Below, one piece after another: positions 26,827 to 34,478 of a stretch of 55,616 nucleotides of DNA (position 1 is the first letter of the stretch; every line of letters starts with the position of its first letter). The position numbers and the translations under genes were made by a program. The DNA is from a virus (Duplodnaviria; Caudoviricetes), in the IMG/VR virus record IMGVR_UViG_3300005663_000053, positions 1-55,616 of that record; one strand, given 5' to 3'. The notes below the pieces were generated by a model. The model was given only the letters and a program-made list of their open reading frames with translations. It did no database searches and had not been told where the DNA came from.

Positions 26827-27791
26827 GCGGGCGGGCGGACGCGAGCCCTATGACTCCGGTCATCACCGCCCTTGCGGTGCGCGGTTTCTCGGTCCCGATC
26901 AGCGAGCCCGTCACCGGCGAGTACGCCCCGACCAACCCCGCCGTGCGCATGGCTGGGCAGCTTCGCTGGGTCACCCAAGACATCGAGGAGCACCTGCCCG
27001 ACATCGTGCTCTTGCTTGGGGACCGCTATGAGACGTTGGCCGCCGCCGCGGCCGCGACCTTGGCGCGGGTGCCCATCGCCCATATTCACGGCGGGGAGGC
27101 CTCCTTCGGCTCGTTCGACAATCAGATCCGGGACGCGGTCACGAAGCTCGCTCATATCCACCTTGTCGCGGCCGAGCCGTTTCGCGAGCGGCTGATGGCC
27201 ATTGGCGAGGATCCGGTGCACATCTACACGGTGGGGGCACCCGGGCTGGACAATTTCCCAAACCTGCCCAAACGCACCCTGGGAAAGTATTTCCTGGTCA
27301 CCTACCACCCGCCGACATTGGCCGAAACCGGCGGAATCAAGGCACTGCTCAAGGCGCTCGACTTTTTCCCAGATTACCGGGTGATCTGGACCGGCTCGAA
27401 CGCCGATCCGGGCGGCCAAGAGATCGAGAACGCGGTCATCGCCTGGGGCAAGGCCGATCGATGGACGTTCCTTGCCCTGGACGCCTATCTGAAACTCGCC
27501 CGCAACGCGGCGGCCATAATCGGCAATTCCTCGGCCGGCATCATCGAGGCGCCGGCGCTCGAGGTTCCCACGGTCAACGTCGGGCCACGCCAGGACGGAA
27601 GGCTTAAAGGGCCTTCGGTGATGGACTGCAGGGAACACCATGCTGAAATTGGGGCGGCGATACATCGGGCCTTGGCGTTTGTGGGCCCGTTCGACAATCC
27701 CTACGGCGGGCCTGGGGCCTCGGCCAAGATCGCGGACGTGCTGGCCGACATCGATCTCGACGGGATTCTGGTGAAGCGATGGTCTTCGTAA
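26802..27791 (+). CDS. neuC: Hydrolysing NDP-sugar 2-epimerase (NeuC/LegG)
   Basis: GRAD, LLGDRYE, AHIHGGE, IRDAVTKLAHIH, GAPGLD, TYHP, GNSSAGIIEAP, RQDGR. Confidence 0.93.
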   Translation: MRRILVVVSGRADASPMTPVITALAVRGFSVPISEPVTGEYAPTNPAVRMAGQLRWVTQDIEEHLPDIVLLLGDRYETLAAAAAATLARVPIAHIHGGEASFGSFDNQIRDAVTKLAHIHLVAAEPFRERLMAIGEDPVHIYTVGAPGLDNFPNLPKRTLGKYFLVTYHPPTLAETGGIKALLKALDFFPDYRVIWTGSNADPGGQEIENAVIAWGKADRWTFLALDAYLKLARNAAAIIGNSSAGIIEAPALEVPTVNVGPRQDGRLKGPSVMDCREHHAEIGAAIHRALAFVGPFDNPYGGPGASAKIADVLADIDLDGILVKRWSS

Positions 27792-28585
27792 TTGCCGAGG
27801 CCGGCGTCAACCACAATGGCGACGTCGACATCGCGCACAAGCTGGTCGAGGCGGCTGCAAGCGCCGGCGCCGACGCGGTCAAGTTCCAGACCTTCGATGC
27901 GGAGAGATTGGATCCGCCGGGCGCGCGCCGGGAGATGCTGGCCAAGCTCCAGCTCTCGCACGAGGCGCATTTCGCCTTGAAGAAGCAGGCCATGGATCTC
28001 GGCATCGAGTTCATGTCCACGCCGTTCGACCTCGACTCCCTGCGTTTCCTGGTCGAAGATGTCATGGTCGGGACGCTTAAGATCGGCTCCGGCCAGCTCG
28101 ACAACGCCCCGCTGCTTGAGGCCGCACGAATGTCCCCATGCCACCTGATCGTCTCGACTGGCATGGCCACGATGGAGGACGTTGGGCGGGCGCGCGGGGA
28201 GCTCCGGCGCGGCATCATGCTGCACTGCACGAGCGCCTACCCGGCGCCGCCGGCTGACATCAACCTGCGGGCGATGGTAGCTATGCGCGAGAAGCTGGGC
28301 TGCCCCGTCGGGCTTTCCGACCACACCGACAGCACGGCCATCCCGATTGCGGCGGTGGCGCTCGGCGCCGAGGTCATCGAGAAGCACCTGACGCTTGATC
28401 CCTGGATGCGGGGCCCGGACCATGCGGCCTCGCTCGATCCCCATCGCTTTTCTGCGATGGTCACTGGCATCCGCAGTGTCGAACTAGCCCTGGGCGACGG
28501 GGTGAAGCGGCCCCAGGCGAGCGAGGCCGGGGCCATCGAGATCGCCGCCGAGCGGCGCGCTTGGAGGGAAAAGAATGCAAGTTGA
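27779..28585 (+). CDS. neuB: Nonulosonic acid synthase (NeuB/LegI), lacking the C-terminal SAF domain
   Basis: IAEAGVNHNGD, GADAVKFQT, FMSTPFD, STGMA, LHCTSAYP, GLSDHT, IEKHLTLD, GPDHAASL. Confidence 0.95.
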   Translation: MVFVIAEAGVNHNGDVDIAHKLVEAAASAGADAVKFQTFDAERLDPPGARREMLAKLQLSHEAHFALKKQAMDLGIEFMSTPFDLDSLRFLVEDVMVGTLKIGSGQLDNAPLLEAARMSPCHLIVSTGMATMEDVGRARGELRRGIMLHCTSAYPAPPADINLRAMVAMREKLGCPVGLSDHTDSTAIPIAAVALGAEVIEKHLTLDPWMRGPDHAASLDPHRFSAMVTGIRSVELALGDGVKRPQASEAGAIEIAAERRAWREKNAS

Positions 28586-28799
28586 CAGTGCAGACGCCAG
28601 ACCAGATCCACCGGAGGAGTGCGGCAGTTGCGGCCAGGAGGGTGTCGAACTCCATCGGACCTCTTCTTATGGTCCCGGCCATCAGGTCACATGGCATTGT
28701 GATTTCTGTTTTAACTTCATGGATCCCGGCAGCGCCCTCAGCCACAACCTCGCCAAAATGGGGCACATGCTGCTCAAGGCAATTCGCGATAGAGGGTAA
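28575..28799 (+). CDS. Small putative Zn-ribbon protein
   Basis: CGSC and CDFC pairs; coupled to both neighbours. Confidence 0.55.
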   Translation: MQVDSADARPDPPEECGSCGQEGVELHRTSSYGPGHQVTWHCDFCFNFMDPGSALSHNLAKMGHMLLKAIRDRG

Positions 28800-29344
28800 T
28801 GTCTCGCATCGTGATTCTCGGCACCGGCGGCCATGCGCGAACGCTACAGGCGCTTATGGGCTATCCGGCCGACTCCTGTATTTTGACTGATGATGACGAC
28901 GAAGTCCGACCTGATGATTCCGTTCTTATTGGTGTCGGCGACGTGGTGAAGCGCCGGTCGCTTTTTAAGAAATTCCGTTCGCAAGTGCAGGAGATGCGCG
29001 CATCTCGAACCTTCGTTCATACGTCGGTGAAAGTCGGGCGCGGCATCCAGATGATCATGGGCGCGATGATCATGCCAAATTGCCGAATCGGCGACAATGT
29101 GCTGATCAACACCGGTGCCCAGATCGACCACGACTGCAATATTTCGTCACATTGCGTCATCAGCCCCGGTGCGATCCTATGCGGCAACGTGACGCTCGGT
29201 GAGGCATGCTTTATCGGTGCCGGCGCGATCATCGTGCAAGAGGTGACCCTTGAACCCGAGACCTTCATTCCGGCGGGAACGCTCGTGGTAGGACCAGATG
29301 ATCTCCGCCATCCATTGCGGGATGTCGTCTTACCGTCGCAGTAG
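28799..29344 (+). CDS. Hexapeptide-repeat sugar acetyltransferase (NeuD/LegH/PglD family)
   Basis: ILGTGGHA, IGVGD, INTGAQIDHDC, left-handed beta-helix repeats. Confidence 0.9.
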   Translation: MSRIVILGTGGHARTLQALMGYPADSCILTDDDDEVRPDDSVLIGVGDVVKRRSLFKKFRSQVQEMRASRTFVHTSVKVGRGIQMIMGAMIMPNCRIGDNVLINTGAQIDHDCNISSHCVISPGAILCGNVTLGEACFIGAGAIIVQEVTLEPETFIPAGTLVVGPDDLRHPLRDVVLPSQ

Positions 29345-29348
29345 ACCA

Positions 29349-30851
29349 ATGGACATCTGTCTCGTCATCCCGCCATCGACCTTTTTGATGGACGAGCGGG
29401 TATTCCCGAGCCTGGGCGTGTTGAAGATCGCCGCTGTCCTCGAGGCTGCGGGCAAGGATGTCGGCGTTCTGGATCTATCGGGGGTCGAGAACTATCTGGA
29501 CGCGCTCGATGTGTTCCTCGCCGGGTTCACTGGCCGCCACATCGGCATCACTGCGACGACGCCGCAGATGCCGGCCGCGCACCTGATCGCCAAGCGTATC
29601 CGGGAAGTTGCCACCGGTAAGCGCATTATCCTCGGCGGGCCCCACGTCACGCTGGTCCATGCGGCAGCGCGAAAGGAAAAGGAACGCTCGAAATACAGCC
29701 GGGGCAGAAGGGCTCTGGACCAACTCTGCGATCTCTATGAAGTGCTCTCGGTCGGTGATGGCGAGGCGGCGATCTTCGAGGCGATAGGGCCTTGCCGACC
29801 ACCCAAGATTATCGACGCCGACGATCGCAAAGGTCCGCTGTTCCAGACGCGGGACCAGTACGCAGCATCGCCGTTCCCCGCGCGCCACCTGATCGACCTG
29901 GACAGCTACTCCTATGAGATCGAGGGGCATCGGGCGACCAGCCTGATCTCCCAGTTGGGCTGCCCCTTCAACTGCGGCTTCTGCGGCGGCCGGAACTCCT
30001 CGATGCTCAGGGTGATCCGCACCCGACCCGTGGCCACGGTGATCGACGAGCTCACCGAAATCCATGAGGCCTATGGCTACACCGGCTTCATGTTCTACGA
30101 CGACGAGTTGAACGTGAACGAGGCCAGCTTCCTCGAGTTGCTGGATCGGCTCACAGCCCTGCAAGCGCGCCTCGGGACCGAGTTCCGCCTACGAGGCTTT
30201 ATCAAGGCGGAGCTATTCAACGAGGCCCAGGCACGCGCGATGTATGCGGCCGGGTTCCGGTGGCTGCTCTGCGGCTTCGAGGGCGCCGACGACCGGATCC
30301 TGACCAACATCAACAAGAGGGCGACGATCGAGGACAACACGGCTGTGATCAAGGTCGCGCACAAGCACGGCCTGAAGGTCAAGGCGTTGATGTCGATCGG
30401 GCACCCAGGCGAGTCCCGCGCCTCCGTGCTGGCGGTCCGCGACTGGCTGATCGCACAAGAGGCGGACGATTTCGACGTCACCATCATCACGCCCTATCCG
30501 GGCTCGCCTTACCATGACGAGGCGGTGGAGCAAGCCGACGGGTCGTTCACATACGTCCAGCCCGTGACCGGCGATCGCCTCCATATGCGGGAGGTCGACT
30601 ACAATGAGCACGCCGATTACTACAAGGGGATGCCCGGTGAGTACGTTTCGCTGGTCCATACCGACGGCCTGAGCGAAGCGGAGCTGGTGGCGTTGCGCGA
30701 CCAGGTGGAGGCCGAGGTGCGTGAAGCACTGGGGATTCCATTCAGCGCCGTCAACAGGGCCACCAAGTACGAGCACTCGATGGGACAGGGCTTGTCAGAT
30801 CATCTGTTGCGGTCTACTCCAGAGGAATGGGCGCGATCTCAAACCGCCTGA
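29349..30851 (+). CDS. Cobalamin-binding radical SAM protein
   Basis: N-terminal PSLG...LGGPHVT...GDGE B12 domain; GCPFNCGFC; FYDDE; GHPGES; PYPGS. Confidence 0.92.
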   Translation: MDICLVIPPSTFLMDERVFPSLGVLKIAAVLEAAGKDVGVLDLSGVENYLDALDVFLAGFTGRHIGITATTPQMPAAHLIAKRIREVATGKRIILGGPHVTLVHAAARKEKERSKYSRGRRALDQLCDLYEVLSVGDGEAAIFEAIGPCRPPKIIDADDRKGPLFQTRDQYAASPFPARHLIDLDSYSYEIEGHRATSLISQLGCPFNCGFCGGRNSSMLRVIRTRPVATVIDELTEIHEAYGYTGFMFYDDELNVNEASFLELLDRLTALQARLGTEFRLRGFIKAELFNEAQARAMYAAGFRWLLCGFEGADDRILTNINKRATIEDNTAVIKVAHKHGLKVKALMSIGHPGESRASVLAVRDWLIAQEADDFDVTIITPYPGSPYHDEAVEQADGSFTYVQPVTGDRLHMREVDYNEHADYYKGMPGEYVSLVHTDGLSEAELVALRDQVEAEVREALGIPFSAVNRATKYEHSMGQGLSDHLLRSTPEEWARSQTA

Positions 30852-31732
30852 TCTCAGGCACCTGGGCCGCATGGTACGCGGCGACCGAGCCGGTGAGACT
30901 TCGATGGGCCCGCCAGAAGCATGGGGGTGACTATGATGGCCTCAACGATCCGCGGTTTCATGCGCCGCAGAAAAACGCAGACGGTTCATTCACGATCTAC
31001 GGAAGTTCGGACCCGCCGATCAATCCACTGGTCACGGTCTACATCCCGACGCACAACCGGGTCGATCTGTTGATGGAGCGCGCCCTGCCGAGCGTGCTGG
31101 CCCAGACCTATCGCAATATTGAGATTATCGTCGCGGCGCACGGGTGTACTGACGGGACGGCAAGTCGCGTTTGCGGACTCGGCAGACCTAAAACATGTGT
31201 GCTCGGCGTACCGCGCCGGCGCACCTACCCGCCCACGGTAGAGAACCACTGGTTCGCAAAAGAGGTAGCCCCGGCAAATGCCGCTTTGCGGGCGGCGGGC
31301 GGCGCATGGATCGCCCGCCTTGATGACGACGACATCTGGACCCCGGATCACGTCGAGAAGCTGCTGCGCTTCGCCCAGAAAGGCGACTTCGAGTTCGTCT
31401 CAGCGGCCTATGAGCGGGAGCGCGATGGTGTTCGCGAGGTCGTGCCCCATTTTGGATCGGACATAATCGAAGCCCCGTACATCGGCGGTCACCAGACCTG
31501 GCTATATCGCTCGTACCTTCGGTTCATGCGGTACAATCAGGAATGCTGGCGGAAGCGATGGAACCGGGTCAACGACACCGATCTCGCTGATCGATTCTGG
31601 AAAGCGGGCGTGCGCATTGGCTGGCTCGATGAAGTCCTGGCCTACGTTATTCCACGGCCAGGCGAAACGACGGTAGGTTTGGAGGCCTACCGCCGTAACG
31701 CGGTGAACATTGAGCGCGAACTAGCGTTCTGA
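30827..31732 (+). CDS. Glycosyltransferase family 2
   Basis: VTVYIPTHNR, SVLAQTY.NIEIIV, GCTDGT, IARLDDDD. Confidence 0.9.
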   Translation: MGAISNRLISGTWAAWYAATEPVRLRWARQKHGGDYDGLNDPRFHAPQKNADGSFTIYGSSDPPINPLVTVYIPTHNRVDLLMERALPSVLAQTYRNIEIIVAAHGCTDGTASRVCGLGRPKTCVLGVPRRRTYPPTVENHWFAKEVAPANAALRAAGGAWIARLDDDDIWTPDHVEKLLRFAQKGDFEFVSAAYERERDGVREVVPHFGSDIIEAPYIGGHQTWLYRSYLRFMRYNQECWRKRWNRVNDTDLADRFWKAGVRIGWLDEVLAYVIPRPGETTVGLEAYRRNAVNIERELAF

Positions 31733-31740
31733 TCTGAAAG

Positions 31741-32001
31741 TCAGGCGTGGGCCGACATCCCGCCGTCACCTTTGCGGGCTCGCCTCATCTTCCCCAGCGC
31801 AACGCCTTTGGGTGGCCGACCGAGTCGCTTGGTGCGGGTCGGCGCCTTGGCTCGCTTGGCCGTCTTGCGCGCTACGCGTTTCGTTGGATGAGCGGCAGCA
31901 AACTTTTTGCCCGACATGATGTCGTCGATCAAACTGGAAAGGAAAGCATCGATGCTGGCGCGACCTTTGAGCCAGATCGAATCTGGAACGATGAGTTTCA
32001 T
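31741..32001 (-). CDS. Small basic hypothetical protein
   Basis: Reverse-strand ORF filling the gap; GGAG RBS. Confidence 0.4.
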   Translation of the reverse strand: MKLIVPDSIWLKGRASIDAFLSSLIDDIMSGKKFAAAHPTKRVARKTAKRAKAPTRTKRLGRPPKGVALGKMRRARKGDGGMSAHA

Positions 32002-32075
32002 GTGGGATCTCCCTAGAGTTAAAGTGATCGCACCCTAACCAGCCTGGGCCGCCGGCACAACGGCCCATCTCAGCA

Positions 32076-32100
32076 GCCGTCCCGCTTGGGGCGGTTTTTC
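32076..32100 (+). terminator. Intrinsic terminator-like hairpin
   Basis: GCCGTCCC-GCTT-GGGGCGGT followed by a T run. Confidence 0.6.
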
Positions 32101-32133
32101 TTATCCAGCAACAGCACCAGCAAGGAGAACGTC

Positions 32134-32649
32134 ATGACCTTCAATCCTGTTCAGCAAACGTCCATCCATGGGCGCCGGCTCGGTCTTGGCAGCACGGGTG
32201 CCATCCTGCAAGGGAGCAGCGACGGCACAAAATACGCGGCCCTCATCAGAAGCACGGCCGATATGCTTCAAAACTCGACCGCTCTGTTGGCTTCACAGTG
32301 GGGCCTCAACGCACAGAGCGTGGTGCCAAGTTCCGTAGGCTCGACGCTCACGAACTACGGCCTTGAGAGCCTGTCGTCGGCCTCGGCGACATTGGTCACC
32401 GGCCATCAGCTCGGAACTCCGGTCGTTGGCGTCATCAAGACGATCCACCTCGATTGCAGTGGTTCGGAGATCATCTTCGGCGGCACTTCGACCGCCATGG
32501 TGTTCCGGCCCGCGATCGCGGGTGCCGGCTCGAGCTTGTCCATTGTTCAGCTCCCCTTGGCGGGCACCGTGATCACCCTCATGGGATTCGCCTCCAGCGA
32601 ATGGACGTTGATCTCGGTTGGTTCGTCAGCAGCAGTCGTCATCGGGTAG
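32134..32649 (+). CDS. Ser/Thr-rich putative virion surface protein; shares a domain with 52948..53649
   Basis: AAGGAG RBS; SSVGSTLTN.G...FGGTSTA...GAGS...LAG..ITL.G....W. Confidence 0.7.
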   Translation: MTFNPVQQTSIHGRRLGLGSTGAILQGSSDGTKYAALIRSTADMLQNSTALLASQWGLNAQSVVPSSVGSTLTNYGLESLSSASATLVTGHQLGTPVVGVIKTIHLDCSGSEIIFGGTSTAMVFRPAIAGAGSSLSIVQLPLAGTVITLMGFASSEWTLISVGSSAAVVIG

Positions 32650-32655
32650 GTGCCA

Positions 32656-33519
32656 ATGGCAGTAAAAAAGATCGCCATCATCGGGACGAGTCCGTCCTGC
32701 AAAAAGGCACCTTATGGTGACCGTTCGTGGGAAATCTGGAGCTTTAACCGGACATGCTTCGATCTCAAGCGGTGGGATCGACTCTTCGAGATACACCAAA
32801 AATGGGATTATGAACCCGACCCCAAGGCGTATCTCGACCGTCTCAAGAAGGTGAAGCCGCCCAAGAAAGTCATGTCGATCATCCCACTTGGCGGACCAGC
32901 GAACATCGTGATCGACCGCGAGGCGCTGTTCAAGAAATACGGCGCAATCTGGATTTCCTCGTCCATCACCTATGCAATCGCTTGTGCCCTAGAAGAGAAG
33001 CCCACCGACATCGGCCTATGGGGCATCGACATGGAGTCCCGCGAGGAATACGTGGTGCAGTTCGCGGGGTGCCGGCATTTCATCGACATGGCGAAGGTCT
33101 TGGGCATCAAAATCCATCTGCCCCATGATTGCCTTCTTCGCCGGGATCCCCACCCCTATGCGGACCGCTTCGAGACGACCCTCGCGCTGACCCTCGAAAG
33201 CAAGGCGAAATATATTGAGAAGCTGATCGATAGGGTCGAATGCCAGCTCAGTGCAGCCGAGGCGGGAATGAACCAGCGGTTGGGCCGCATCCGGGAAATG
33301 TATCTGCACGCTGATCTCCCGTATGAGGACGTCGATAAGCAAGAAGCCAAGGCCGCCGAGGACAAGTGGTACGTCGAAAAGCTGACGGCCTCCCTCAACC
33401 GCCTTCGGGGCGAACTCATAGCCACCCAGCACTACAAGCGCCTCTTCGTCTGGAACGTGCTTCCGCCGGAATTTGGCGAGGAGACTACGACGGACATCGA
33501 AGATTGCGGTCCAATCTGA
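32656..33519 (+). CDS. Putative nonulosonate transferase (Maf/GT42-like Rossmann motifs) with C-terminal coiled coil, copy 1
   Basis: KIAIIGTSPS, WSFN, SSITYAIACA, IGLWGIDM. Confidence 0.55.
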   Translation: MAVKKIAIIGTSPSCKKAPYGDRSWEIWSFNRTCFDLKRWDRLFEIHQKWDYEPDPKAYLDRLKKVKPPKKVMSIIPLGGPANIVIDREALFKKYGAIWISSSITYAIACALEEKPTDIGLWGIDMESREEYVVQFAGCRHFIDMAKVLGIKIHLPHDCLLRRDPHPYADRFETTLALTLESKAKYIEKLIDRVECQLSAAEAGMNQRLGRIREMYLHADLPYEDVDKQEAKAAEDKWYVEKLTASLNRLRGELIATQHYKRLFVWNVLPPEFGEETTTDIEDCGPI

Positions 33520-34478
33520 TGAGCCAAAGAAAGACGAAAGCGGCGAAGAAAGCGGCCCCGAAAGGGGCCAAAATCTTGAAGTCCCCCGAACGCAAGATCG
33601 CCATCTTCGGCACCACGCCCTCGCGCGGGCTGGGGCCATATGCCGATGGTTCGGGCTGGGAGCGATGGACGATCGGCCCCGGCGGCAAGGATGCCCACAA
33701 CTGGGAGCGGCTGTTCGAGGTACACGGACTCTGGCCTGCGGACTTCAAGGGTTATCTGAACGATCTCTCCCTGATCAAGCCGCCCCAACAGGTCGTCACG
33801 CTTCCGCAGCCCGACCGCCCAGCCGAGACTTGGGCCGAGGCCATCGCGAACTGGAAGGCCACCCATGGGCTGCCCGACGACGTGCTCAAAGGCGACTGGT
33901 CGGGGCAAGTGACTTACCCGCGCGAGACCATCCTCGAAAAATTCGGCCGGCGGATGTGGTTCTCGTCGTCGATTTCCTGGTGCATCGCGCTCGCCATCCA
34001 CGAGAAGCCCACCGACATCGGCCTGTGGGGCATCGACCTGGAAGCGGGTGAGGAATACATCAGCCAATTCGTCGGCTGCGCCCACTTCCTCGATCTCGCC
34101 CGCCTTTGCGGGATCAACATTCACCTACCCAAGGACTGCGGCCTCCTCCGCGACCCGGCGCCCTACCCGGATCGCTGGGAAACCCATCTCGCGCTCACAC
34201 TGGAAAAGAAAGCCAAGTGGATCGACGAGATGATTCAGAAGCAGCAGCCGGAGTACGACGCCTTGAGCGCCGAAGTACACCGCCAGGAAGGCAAGCTCTT
34301 GACCATGCGCGCCTATGAAGCCGAGGCCAAGGACATCGAGGAGGGCGAGCGCGTGCTCATCGCGAACAACGCCCGGCTCGGCCAAATCGCGGCAAACATC
34401 AACCAGCTCAAGGGCGAACTCAGCGCTACCCAGTTTTATCGCCGGATGTACGTCTGGGGCATGGTGGAGCCGTATTAG
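33519..34478 (+). CDS. Putative nonulosonate transferase, copy 2 (paralog)
   Basis: KIAIFGTTPS, SSISWCIALA, EKPTDIGLWGIDL, YPDRWETHLALTLE. Confidence 0.55.
   Translation: MSQRKTKAAKKAAPKGAKILKSPERKIAIFGTTPSRGLGPYADGSGWERWTIGPGGKDAHNWERLFEVHGLWPADFKGYLNDLSLIKPPQQVVTLPQPDRPAETWAEAIANWKATHGLPDDVLKGDWSGQVTYPRETILEKFGRRMWFSSSISWCIALAIHEKPTDIGLWGIDLEAGEEYISQFVGCAHFLDLARLCGINIHLPKDCGLLRDPAPYPDRWETHLALTLEKKAKWIDEMIQKQQPEYDALSAEVHRQEGKLLTMRAYEAEAKDIEEGERVLIANNARLGQIAANINQLKGELSATQFYRRMYVWGMVEPY

Noticed and set aside
19569-31732. Host chromosomal LPS/flagellin locus misassembled or flanking a prophage
   Set aside because: The genome is closed; the genes are interleaved with phage-type HNH and small ORFs, are compacted, and are coupled through to terL; no wzx, wzy or flagellar genes
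19569-31732. DNA hypermodification (sugar-modified base) system
   Set aside because: No phage DNA polymerase, hydroxymethylase or nucleotide kinase recognised; the location is late/structural and the phage is temperate. Not strictly excluded
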